From contig CAWHIJ010000003.1 in NCBI GenBank assembly GCA_963829525.1, positions 1,376,001 through 1,440,000 of the forward strand: a stretch of DNA of 64,000 nucleotides, given 5' to 3'. Position 1 is the first letter of the stretch; every line of letters begins with the position of its first letter. Made by a program: the position numbers and the translations under genes. Of this stretch, positions 38,863 through 47,634 are shown one piece after another. Under the pieces are notes generated by a model. The model was not told the origin of the DNA. It searched no databases and saw nothing but the letters and a program-made list of their open reading frames with translations. The stretch comes from an uncultured Actinomycetota bacterium. GTDB taxonomy: Bacteria; Actinomycetota; Actinomycetes; JAHEKZ01.

Positions 38863-39648
38863 GTGAGGAGACGGCACGCTATGCAGAGACGGTCGAGGAA
38901 GCTGCGCTGGAGCGCAGCGGTGGGCGGAATCGCCCTGGCCACTGCGGTCATGGCCCTTCCAGCTCAGGCGGGGGACGACAATCGGCTGCAGGCTGGTGGG
39001 AAGGGTACCGTGCTGCGGTACAACTTCGACAATGGCGAGTCGCTGAATGCCGGAACGAGGGTTCGCGACGTCAGCGGTAACCGCCACCACGGGACCGTGA
39101 TCGTCTCCGGGAGGGGGAACCTGAGGTCCGTGCCAGGGGTGACAGGTCGCGCCGCAAAGTTCCCCCGCAAGTGCAAGGGTTGTGGCCGGGGGATCATCGA
39201 GGCCAGTGATGCCCGTGGCCTCGAGCCACGCAAACGCGCCTTCAGTTTCGGCGCCGCTGTAAGGGTCACCGACAGACAAGCCGCTCGCGGCAAGGACCCG
39301 AACATCATCCAAAAGGGGCTTCTCAAGCAACGAGGCGGCCAGTGGAAACTGGAGCTCGTGGGATCTCGCCCCCGTTGCATCATTCAAGGTCGCGCCGGCA
39401 AGGTAGAGGTCAGCTCGACCGTCTCAGTAGACGATGGAACGTGGCACTCGCTGCAGTGCGCCCGCAAGGGACCGACTGTCACATTGCGCATCGACGGCGT
39501 GGTGGTGAACCAGGGCACCGGCCGGACCGGTCGCATCGTCAATGACGCGCCGGTGCGCCTTGGCGGCAAAGGAGTTGCCGGCAGCGGCGGAAACGACCAG
39601 TATCACGGTGCACTTGACAATGTGTTTGTGAAGATACGGCGGCGCTGA
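38863..39648 (+). CDS. Secreted LamG-like / concanavalin A jelly-roll domain protein
   Basis: Signal peptide ending AQA; YNFD, RDVSGN, DDGTWH...C.R, L.IDG, G.LD. Confidence 0.8.
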   Translation: MRRRHAMQRRSRKLRWSAAVGGIALATAVMALPAQAGDDNRLQAGGKGTVLRYNFDNGESLNAGTRVRDVSGNRHHGTVIVSGRGNLRSVPGVTGRAAKFPRKCKGCGRGIIEASDARGLEPRKRAFSFGAAVRVTDRQAARGKDPNIIQKGLLKQRGGQWKLELVGSRPRCIIQGRAGKVEVSSTVSVDDGTWHSLQCARKGPTVTLRIDGVVVNQGTGRTGRIVNDAPVRLGGKGVAGSGGNDQYHGALDNVFVKIRRR

Positions 39649-39677
39649 GAGACAAGTAGTTCGACAGCGCCATCAAG

Positions 39678-39707
39678 CGGCGGTCGGGGGTTTGGTTCCT
39701 CTGCGCC
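39678..39707 (+). repeat. Degenerate direct repeat of the tRNA-Val 3' half (att-like relic)
   Basis: CGGCGGTCGGGGGTT matches 38379-38393 and CCTCTGCGCC matches 38400-38409. Confidence 0.7.
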
Positions 39708-39721
39708 GCCCCCACGTGAGC

Positions 39722-39767
39722 GCACCAGTTGAGGCGGGGCCCAACACGGCCCCGCCTCAACTGGTGC
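39722..39767. terminator. Perfect 20-bp inverted repeat
   Basis: GCACCAGTTGAGGCGGGGCC-CAACAC-GGCCCCGCCTCAACTGGTGC. Confidence 0.8.
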
Positions 39768-39772
39768 AGGGT

Positions 39773-39835
39773 TCACTTCTTCTTCTTTTTCTTGTCTTTT
39801 TTCTTGTCCTTCTTCTTGCTGGACTTCTTTCCCAT
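39773..39835 (-). CDS. Putative 20-aa lysine-rich micropeptide MGKKSSKKKDKKKDKKKKKK
   Basis: SD GAAAGGGG 7 nt before the ATG; TGA followed after 5 nt by the 20-bp hairpin. Confidence 0.65.
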   Translation of the reverse strand: MGKKSSKKKDKKKDKKKKKK

Positions 39836-39995
39836 GGATACGCCCCTTTCGTGGCTGACACGTGCGTCCGAAACGTAGCAAATGAATTGACCCTGAGCCA
39901 TCGTTGGTTGAGCGCTCGTTGGTCCCCTGTGCCAGGCGCCGGCATGGGTCCGGCATGGATACTGTGGCCATGCCATCTAAGTCAGCGATGAACGG

Positions 39996-40343
39996 ATGCA
40001 GATCATGCACACTTGGTTGTTGCTTGCCGCGGCTATTGCGTGTGAGGTAACTGCGACGGCCTACCTTCGCGTCACCGATGGATTCACGAAGCTGTGGCCA
40101 TCGTTGATTGTCGTCGCAGGTTACGGCGTTTCGTTCTATCTGCTCTCCTTGATCATGCGAACAGGAATACCGGCCGGCATCGTCTACGCGATCTGGTCAG
40201 CGTTCGGGATCGCGTTGGTGACGATTGTTGGGATGGCAACCTACGGCGACCAGATCACCCCGGTGACGGGTGTGGGTTTAGCCGTGATCGTGATCGGAGT
40301 CATTCTGGTTCAAGTCGGCAACGTCGGTGAAGTCGCAAGCTAG
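39996..40343 (+). CDS. SMR (DMT) family small multidrug / quaternary-cation transporter
   Basis: AIACEV (Glu14 equivalent), DGFTKLWP, YAIWS; 4 TM segments. Confidence 0.92.
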   Translation: MQIMHTWLLLAAAIACEVTATAYLRVTDGFTKLWPSLIVVAGYGVSFYLLSLIMRTGIPAGIVYAIWSAFGIALVTIVGMATYGDQITPVTGVGLAVIVIGVILVQVGNVGEVAS

Positions 40344-40372
40344 AAGCGGCTCGATGCAGCGGCCGAAGGGCC

Positions 40373-40657
40373 CTAGACGTCTTGCCACTCGCCGTCTATC
40401 CATTCGGGCTCGCCGTTCAGCAGCGGGACCATCTCAGCCTGCCACCACTTGTCTTGCTTCGGGTCGTCCGCAAGGGCTTCGTACTGTGCCTTGGACTCGA
40501 ACCGGATGGCGACGACAATCCGTCCGTCCCCGGCGATGAGCACCCTTTGGTCGACATATCCGGCCGCTTCACCACGTTCCTTGGCCCATCGTTTTGCCCG
40601 TTCCTCCATTTCTTCCACTGTGCCGTTGATGTTGGCGATCATCACGGTTCCGTACAT
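40373..40657 (-). CDS. Small dimeric alpha-beta barrel (ABM-like) hypothetical protein
   Basis: 94 aa; SD GGAGG; V...F.S...Y.A....P.Q pattern. Confidence 0.65.
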   Translation of the reverse strand: MYGTVMIANINGTVEEMEERAKRWAKERGEAAGYVDQRVLIAGDGRIVVAIRFESKAQYEALADDPKQDKWWQAEMVPLLNGEPEWIDGEWQDV

Positions 40658-40796
40658 GGGGAGCCTCCAGTGAGAAATGGCAGCGTCCGGCTGTCACGGG
40701 CGTCGCCTGTGACAGTGGTACCCCTGATTCAGCGGAACCGGAACCGCCCGTCGTGATCATCTACCGACGAATCCGTCGCCCGGCTACAGTGCCCGC

Positions 40797-41965
40797 GTGA
40801 GCAGCCCCACCGTAGGCGACGTTGTCGCCGCACTCGATGCCCTCTACCCGCCGCAGGCTGCTGAGGATTGGGACTCAGTCGGCCTGACGTGTGGGGACCG
40901 ATCCGTGCCGGTTCGCAAAGTCATGTTCGCCGTCGACCCGTTGCCGGTGGTCGTCGATGAGGCGCTCATGTGGGGCGCAGACCTGTTGGTCACGCATCAC
41001 CCTCTCCTCCTTCGACCCGACCCACAGCGTGGCCACCGACGACTGGAAAGGGTCGGTGCTGCATCGGCTGATCCGCGGCGGCTGTGCGCTGTACACCGCT
41101 CACACCAACGCTGACGTCGCCCATGACGGGGTGAACGACGCACTGGCCGAAGCCCTGGGGCTGGCCAACCCGCGGCCGCTGCGTGCTCGGCCTCAGGAGC
41201 CGGCCGACAAGCTCGTCACGTTCGTCCCGCCCGACCATGCGGACGCTGTGATCGCCGCTTTGCAGCGAGTGGGCGCCGGAACGATAGGCAACTACACGGG
41301 TTGCGCGTGGAAAGTGTCGGGCACGGGAACGTTCACGCCGGGAGAGGGCGCCAACCCGATCATCGGAAGAGTGGGGCGTACCGAGGTGACCGCAGAGGCG
41401 CGCGTCGAGATGCTCGTACCGCGGATGCTGCGATCGGCAGCCCTCGACGCCGTGCGGTCTGCGCATCCCTACGAGGAGGTGGCGGTAGACGTCATTGAGC
41501 TTTCCGCTGCCCCTAGCGGAACCGGTCTTGGGCGAGTCGGCGACCTCAATGGTTCGGTACCGCTTGCAGCATTCGCTCGACTGGTGGCGGATGCACTGCC
41601 ATCGACGCCGGCCGGAGTGCGCTTCCATGGTGACCCTGACACCGTCGTTGAACGCGTGGCCGTGTGTGGTGGTTCTGGTGACGGCTTGCTGGCTGAAGCC
41701 CTCCGTGCCGGTGTCGACGCCTTCGTTACAGCAGATCTACGTCACCATCGGGCCTCCGAAGCGCTGGCGGCTGGCGGCCCCGCGCTCGTCGATCCGGGAC
41801 ACTGGGCGAGCGAATGGCCTTGGCTTCCGGTGGCTGCCGACCGTCTCCTTCATGCGCTGGCGCGCACCCGACCCGAGCGCCGCTACGGTGGAGACACACA
41901 TCTCAACCGTGGTGACCGACCCCGTGACCGGCCACGTCCGGTCCAGTCCCGAGGAGGACCGCTGA
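40797..41965 (+). CDS. Nif3-like dinuclear metal centre protein (frameshifts near 41015 and 41870)
   Basis: AEDWDSVGL, THHPLL, HTNAD, HPYEE, VCGGSG, TADLRHH, HWASEW. Confidence 0.9.
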
Positions 41966-42706
41966 AGGCATCACCGGCAGAACAAGCCCGACTGCTCGAC
42001 CTGCAGGCGATCGACCAGACGCTGGCGCACCTCGAGCACCGACGCCGCAACCTGCCTGAGGTTGCCGAGCTGAGAGATCTCGCAACGCAGCAGCAGTCGG
42101 TGCATTCTCAGCTGGTGGCTGCCCAGACCGAAGCCAGCGACATCGCGCGTGAGCAGGACAAGCTCGAGTCTGACATCGATCAGGTACGTCAGCGGATGAC
42201 ACGCGACCAGCAGCGTCTGGAATCGGGCGCGATCACCTCGGCCAAGGACCTGGAGAGCCTTCAGCACGAAGTGGGTTCACTACATAAGCGCCAGCGGGAC
42301 CTCGAGGACGTTGAGTTGGAAGTGATGGAGCGACTCGAGGAAGCTGAGAAGAAGGCCACAGCGCTCGGCGAAGAGCAGACGCGCCTGGCCGCCGCCGTCG
42401 AAGACACCGAGCGACGACGCGTGGCAGCACACGCCGCCATCGACAAGGACGTGGAGTTTCGCTCAGCGACAGCGGGCAACCGTGGTGCCCGATATTGGCG
42501 CAGAGCTACTCGCCTACTACGAGAAGCTCCGGGGACAGCTCGACGGCATCGCTGCGGTCTCGATCAAGCAGCGACGGTGTGACGGGTGCCGCCTGGACCT
42601 GTCAGCCACAGACGTCGACCGAATCCGCGCTGCGGCTGAAGACGAGATCATTCGCTGCGAGGAGTGCCGGCGGATCCAGGTGCGCACCGCAGAATCTGGG
42701 CTCTGA
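41962..42706 (+). CDS. Coiled-coil / C4 zinc-ribbon protein (DUF164 type), probable CTG start (frameshift near 42470)
   Basis: GAGGAGG SD then CTG AAG GCA; RLLDLQ..D, long coiled coil, C-terminal CDGC...CEEC. Confidence 0.85.
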
Positions 42707-42709
42707 GTC

Positions 42710-43807
42710 ATGGGGCGTCGCCTGATCGTCGAGGCGGATGGCGGATCCCGGGGCAACCCAGGGCCCGCTGCCTACGGGACCGTCGTCAAGGATGCCGACT
42801 CCGGTGCCGTGCTCTTCGAAGAAGGCAGGACAATCGGTATCGCGACCAACAATGTGGCCGAGTACGACGGTCTCGTCGCCGGTTTGCGTGCTGCCGCTGA
42901 TATCGACGCTACCGCCACCGTCGAGGCCCGTTTGGACTCAAAACTCGTCGTCGAGCAGATGAGCGGACGCTGGAAGATCAAGCATGAGGACATGCGAGCC
43001 CGCGCCATGGAGGCCCGGGAGGCCTTCCCCTACGCATCAGTCAAGTACACCTGGGTACCCCGTGCACAGAACGGCCACGCAGACCGGTTGGTGAACGAGG
43101 CCCTCGACGGGCGAGTCAGCCAGGCACCGACGGCTGAGCCGGAGCCCGCGCGCCCCAACGTGTTGGTGGGGTGGTCGTCGGCGCACCCCGTCGTCACCAC
43201 GATGGCACTGCTGCGACACGGCGAGACGCCGCATACCGCCGAGAAGCGCTTCAGCGGTTGGGGTGGTGACGACCCCGCCTTGAACGCCGCGGGCATCGAG
43301 CAGGCGCACCGTGCAGGACGTCACCTGGCGGCGTCGGAGGGTGCTGATCTGATCGTCACCTCGCCGATGACCCGTACTCGACAGACAGCCGATGTGGTCG
43401 CCGAGCACCTCGGCGTCGACATTGTCGTCGAAGACGACATCCGGGAGTGCGCCTTTGGCGATTGGGACGGCATGACCTTTGCGGAGGTTCAACAGCAGTC
43501 ACCAGAGGAGCTGAGGCGCTGGCTGGCGTCGACCGCGGTGGCGCCGCCAGGGGGAGAGTCGTTCGAACAGGTGGAGGAGCGCGTCCGGTCAGCGCGTGAC
43601 CGCATCATCGAGCGCTACGAGGGTTCAACGCTGGTGCTCGTGACGCACGTGACGCCACTCAAGACGCTGCTGCGGCTGGCATTGGATGCCCCGTCACACG
43701 CCTACTACCGGCTGGAGATTCGTCCGGCCTCGCTGTCAACAATCAGCTGGTATGGCGACGGGAACGTCTCGGTACGCAGTATCAACGAAACTCCTCACCT
43801 CGGCTGA
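42710..43807 (+). CDS. Bifunctional RNase HI / histidine phosphatase (Rv2228c-like)
   Basis: EADGGSRGNPG, TNNVAEY, DSKLVVEQ; LLRHGET, LVTH. Confidence 0.95.
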   Translation: MGRRLIVEADGGSRGNPGPAAYGTVVKDADSGAVLFEEGRTIGIATNNVAEYDGLVAGLRAAADIDATATVEARLDSKLVVEQMSGRWKIKHEDMRARAMEAREAFPYASVKYTWVPRAQNGHADRLVNEALDGRVSQAPTAEPEPARPNVLVGWSSAHPVVTTMALLRHGETPHTAEKRFSGWGGDDPALNAAGIEQAHRAGRHLAASEGADLIVTSPMTRTRQTADVVAEHLGVDIVVEDDIRECAFGDWDGMTFAEVQQQSPEELRRWLASTAVAPPGGESFEQVEERVRSARDRIIERYEGSTLVLVTHVTPLKTLLRLALDAPSHAYYRLEIRPASLSTISWYGDGNVSVRSINETPHLG

Positions 43808-43811
43808 GGCG

Positions 43812-44597
43812 TCAGAGCTCGTCGACGACGATGTCGAGTGCCCACGGCTTCCCAGGTCGACCGGCGCGCAGCTCGGCGATGACGCCCCGGGACTCGATGA
43901 GCGCCGCGAGATCTTCGACAGTCTGGGGTGTCTTCTCTTGCGACGCCAAGGCGCGCACGAGTCGCCCCTTGGTGGCCTTGTTGTGATGACTGACGACAGC
44001 TCGGGATCCGTCTGGGCGCTCCTGAAGGACTCGGGCGACTACCGTCCGCTCGGCAAGTTCGGCGTTCGGGGACCACATCTTGGCGTAGGTGCCAGACCTC
44101 AGGTCGAGCACCACGCCATCGCCGGCAGCCTCGGGGATGACGGTGGCAAGCGGCTTGCGCCAAGCAGCTGCGACCGAGCCGAGCCGAGGCAGCGTCACAT
44201 CACCGGATAGCCGGTAGGTCGAAATCGCGTCGTTGAGATGAACGGCCCCCCAAAGTCCGGAGAAGACCAGCACCCACTGATCGACCCGACGACGGGCTGC
44301 GACGGTCAGCGTGGGGTAGTCGAGGGCTGCGTAGAGGACCCCGGTGTAGACCTGCGATGCCGGGACGGCCATCGCGGCGAGCAGCTCGCGGTTCCGGTCG
44401 ATTTCGTCGGTCTGTCGAGGCGTGAGCCCCAACACCTCGCGGGCTCGGGATTGGCGTCCGGCCGACAGTCTGACGACCGCTGCGCGGATCCGCTCACGTG
44501 TCGGCGTCAGCTCTGGGAAGGAAAGCGCGCCGATGTCGAAGGGCTGGCCCCCGGTTGTCGGAGCCTTGCCCTCGGAGGGTGGTAGCAGGATGAGCAC
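43812..44597 (-). CDS. yaaA: Peroxide stress protein YaaA
   Basis: MLILLPPSEGK, YTGVLY, DLRS, SHHNKATKG. Confidence 0.9.
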   Translation of the reverse strand: MLILLPPSEGKAPTTGGQPFDIGALSFPELTPTRERIRAAVVRLSAGRQSRAREVLGLTPRQTDEIDRNRELLAAMAVPASQVYTGVLYAALDYPTLTVAARRRVDQWVLVFSGLWGAVHLNDAISTYRLSGDVTLPRLGSVAAAWRKPLATVIPEAAGDGVVLDLRSGTYAKMWSPNAELAERTVVARVLQERPDGSRAVVSHHNKATKGRLVRALASQEKTPQTVEDLAALIESRGVIAELRAGRPGKPWALDIVVDEL

Positions 44598-44653
44598 GAG
44601 CGATCACTCTAGGGAGTGTGCGGTCAGTCCGCGCCTCGGCGTACTCTGTGCGA

Positions 44654-45055
44654 GCGAGCGAGTTGGCCGGGCGGCCGCGGTCGGCGGGAAACCGTCGATC
44701 GAGGAAAGTCCGGGCTCCACAGGGCAAGGTGGTGGGTAACGCCCACCCGGGGCGACCCGCGGGACAGTGCCACAGAAAACAGACCGCCGTCCGGTCCGCC
44801 GGACGGTAAGGGTGAAACGGTGGTGTAAGAGACCACCAGCGCGGCAGGTGACTGCAGCGGCTCGGTAAACCCCACCTGGAGCAAGGTCAAGAGGCGCCGG
44901 TTTTGGCCGGTGCTGCGCAGGCGTTCGAGGACGGCCCGTCCGAGCCTGCGGGTAGACCGCATGAGGTCGTCGGCAACGGCGGCCCCAGATGGATGGTCGC
45001 CCCGTGTGCCGAAAGGTGCACGGACAGAACCCGGCTTACAGGCCAACTCGCTCGC
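44654..45055 (+). ncRNA. rnpB: RNase P RNA, class A
   Basis: GAGGAAAGTCCGGGCTCC, CAGTGCCACAGAAA, GGTAAACCCC, ACAGAACCCGGCTTA; termini pair (GCGAGCGAGTTGGCC / GGCCAACTCGCTCGC). Confidence 0.98.
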
Positions 45056-45126
45056 CTTAGGGCGGCCCTGGGACCAGAGCGTTCAGGCGCACAAGAACCT
45101 CCCAGGTGGAGACTCTCCGCGTACCC

Positions 45127-46455
45127 TCAGCGTTCAGCGGAGACCGGCTCAGGAGACGGCACCGGGTTGGGACGCTCGAGCTCGTCAGCGCTGACCGCGA
45201 CGTCGTTCTCGACACCGGAATCGGCACTCGGCGCTGCTTCGTCCTGGGCTGCTGCGTCTTGCTGGTCGAGCTGCCAGGCGCTGATCGAGCCCATGGTCGA
45301 AGCCAGGCTGAGCGCGGCGACCAGGAGACCGAGAGCGCTGATCCCACTCCAGAGAGCGGAGTCACCAAGCGCAAGAGGCATTGCATACCCGAAGAGAGCT
45401 GCGGTGACGATCCCGAGAAGCCAGAGGTCGATTGTCCGTACCTTGGCAGGTGGGGCGTCGGCGTCCTGACGGGTAGCTGGATCGCTGCCGGTCCAAAGAT
45501 CCTGCAGGACGCGGTAGCCAATCACGAAGCCGGCGATCGGAATGAACCAACCGATGAGAGACATGGAAGCGCCGTGTCGCTGGCGTGATGCCGCCGTTGC
45601 GGCGACGTGCGAGTGCGCGCGGGACACCCAGTGCAAGAAGGTCACCGTGGCGCCTGTCCACACCGCGAGGGTGATAAGGGCCGCACCGAGCGTGACGACG
45701 CTTACTGAGCCGGATGAGGTTCCGAGAACGGCGTTGAGGCCCACGAGGATCAGATTCAAGGCCGCCGTTGCCACGACCAGCAGTTGGGCCGGCCGAAGGA
45801 TTGCTGATGCCTGCCCCGCTGTTTCGGTGGCGTGGGAGTCGTTGGGAGCAGACGATTCGAGCTCGTCGCCCGTCTCGTCGGTGATTGGCTCGAGGACGTC
45901 ATCCGGGGCCGTCGCGGGCTCTACCTGATCTGTGGTGGCAGGGGAAGCACCCTGAGAAGCCGTCGCCGTCGCGACTGCAGCTCCGGTGAGCGCGGCGAGC
46001 GGGGCGGTGAGTGGGTCGACCTCCTGCGCGGCCCCGCGGATGTCGTCATCGTCAGGAGCCTCATCGCGTGGGTCAGCGCCCTGGGTGAGGGCGATCGCGG
46101 GTACGTCCAAGTCAGGGGTGGTGTCCTCAGGGACGTCCTCGGCTACTGGCTCCTCAGGGTCCAGGTCGACCGTGGCGTCGGTGGTGTCTTCGTTGGGGGA
46201 GAGCGACTGACCTTGCCTGGCGACCATCCCCGCGAGGGCGTCCAGCTGGACGCCCACGTGATCGGGTTCTTCGTCGACTGCTTCTGGGGTGATCGTCTCC
46301 GAAGTGGTGACTTGGTCCAGTTCATCCTCTGCAGGCGGGTATCCCACCCCTGCCGGCCACCCACACATGCCGCAGCGCGGCACACCGGTGAAGAGGACAG
46401 CGGTGCAACGGTGACAGGCAGGGCTCGAAGAGGCCGCAGGCTTACGTGTGCGCAT
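45127..46455 (-). CDS. Membrane protein: N-terminal double CxxC, long acidic linker, DUF4328-like TM domain
   Basis: CHRC...CGMC; about 200 D/E/P/A/T-rich residues; FLHW..RA, GWFIPIA, DLW. Confidence 0.75.
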   Translation of the reverse strand: MRTRKPAASSSPACHRCTAVLFTGVPRCGMCGWPAGVGYPPAEDELDQVTTSETITPEAVDEEPDHVGVQLDALAGMVARQGQSLSPNEDTTDATVDLDPEEPVAEDVPEDTTPDLDVPAIALTQGADPRDEAPDDDDIRGAAQEVDPLTAPLAALTGAAVATATASQGASPATTDQVEPATAPDDVLEPITDETGDELESSAPNDSHATETAGQASAILRPAQLLVVATAALNLILVGLNAVLGTSSGSVSVVTLGAALITLAVWTGATVTFLHWVSRAHSHVAATAASRQRHGASMSLIGWFIPIAGFVIGYRVLQDLWTGSDPATRQDADAPPAKVRTIDLWLLGIVTAALFGYAMPLALGDSALWSGISALGLLVAALSLASTMGSISAWQLDQQDAAAQDEAAPSADSGVENDVAVSADELERPNPVPSPEPVSAER

Positions 46456-46463
46456 GATGCGGG

Positions 46464-46490
46464 TATCGGTCGATCTTGGCCCGGGCCTTA
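46464..46490 (-). promoter_or_regulatory. Sigma28-like promoter
   Basis: TAAG-N16-ACCGATA on the minus strand, just before the ATG at 46455. Confidence 0.4.
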
Positions 46491-46614
46491 CCCCTCGAGG
46501 CGACCGGATCTTGGCCACCACGCGCACTTGCGCGGGTAGGCACCCGCTCCAGCCTGTGGATAACGTGATCGGAGCGACTGAGGCGTCAACGATCACTGTG
46601 CTGTCTAAGTACCC

Positions 46615-47541
46615 TCAGTCTGAAGCCTGTACGAAGACCGCCAGCGAGTTTGTCTCGTGCTCAGTGGTCAGATCGGCAAGATGCAGATGTTCGAACTTGC
46701 TGGGGCTGCCGTCTCGGTGGTCGGAGGTCCAAAGCATCGAGTAGCCGAGGTCGAAGAGCGGCCGGACAATGTCAGCGTTAGTCACACCGAATCGCTCTAG
46801 GACCTGAGGCGTGTCGAACTCCATAAGTATGGTCGGCCTGGCCGCCGCGATCATGTCCATTGCACCGGGAAGGATGCGCGCCTGATAGCCCTCGACGTCG
46901 ACCTTCATGAGGTCCGGCAGGAAGCTGGTAACCCGACTGAAGTCGTCCAATCGCATCAGATCTATGACCGTCTCGCCGCCGGCGGTGTCCTCGTCCAGAG
47001 TTAGGCCCCGAACAGATGAAGGGTGCGAGAGACGAGTGTGGTCGGAGAGTCCGACGTTGCAGCAGTGCACGGCCGGGCTTCCCAGGTGCGTGTTAGCAGC
47101 GACAACCTTACGAAGCGCCTCATAGGAATTCGGGTTGATCTCGAAGGCGAACGCTGTCGATCGGGGGAAGAGAGACTTCACTACCAACGAGAAATACCCG
47201 TAAAGCGCTCCTACGTCGAAGAACACAATTGGCTCGTCGCGCAGGCGCCGTGACAGGGCGACAAACGAAGCGACTAGAGCTGGTTCGTGAATCTTGCCTT
47301 TGCGGTGCTTCGCCCGCACCCACTTCTTGGCCCCCTCTCGGCCCCGTCCGCCGGCGTCATTGGGGAAGATAATGCGCTTTCCGTCTTTCAGCTGCAACCG
47401 GGCACGGTGCCGATTGGTGTTGAACGTGTAGTTAAGGTCTTCCAATTCGCGGCTGAATTCATCGGCCAGTTGGCTGATTGTGCAGTCGAGTCTCACTGGT
47501 CGCTCCAAACCGAGTAGAGGAATGCATCGACAGTCTCCCAC
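46615..47541 (-). CDS. FkbM family methyltransferase (start uncertain)
   Basis: FFDVGALYGYFS, AFEIN, LDDF, MKVDVEGY. Confidence 0.85.
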   Translation of the reverse strand: MGDCRCIPLLGLERPVRLDCTISQLADEFSRELEDLNYTFNTNRHRARLQLKDGKRIIFPNDAGGRGREGAKKWVRAKHRKGKIHEPALVASFVALSRRLRDEPIVFFDVGALYGYFSLVVKSLFPRSTAFAFEINPNSYEALRKVVAANTHLGSPAVHCCNVGLSDHTRLSHPSSVRGLTLDEDTAGGETVIDLMRLDDFSRVTSFLPDLMKVDVEGYQARILPGAMDMIAAARPTILMEFDTPQVLERFGVTNADIVRPLFDLGYSMLWTSDHRDGSPSKFEHLHLADLTTEHETNSLAVFVQASD

Positions 47542-47634
47542 CTACGCCGCTACCTGTCTCTGACCTCCCTTCTGCTAATCAGTCATCTGGGAGTCAGCTA
47601 AGGGTGTGTAGCCGACTGCATGGTTTCGCTCACG

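Noticed and set aside
40360-40373. DosR-like word CGGCCGAAGGGCCC
   Set aside because: Lies between two converging 3' ends, so there is no promoter context.
40891-42582. Apparent Nif3–DUF164 fusion (563 aa)
   Set aside because: The natural Nif3 C-terminus (STVVTDP...) is in another frame, and a strong SD precedes the DUF164 start; one indel near 41870 explains it.
44616-45046. ORFs overlapping rnpB
   Set aside because: The region is fully explained by the RNase P RNA.
46555-46563. Perfect DnaA box (TGTGGATAA)
   Set aside because: Single copy with no box cluster, AT-rich unwinding element or dnaA gene; not an origin, and any regulatory role is unsupported.
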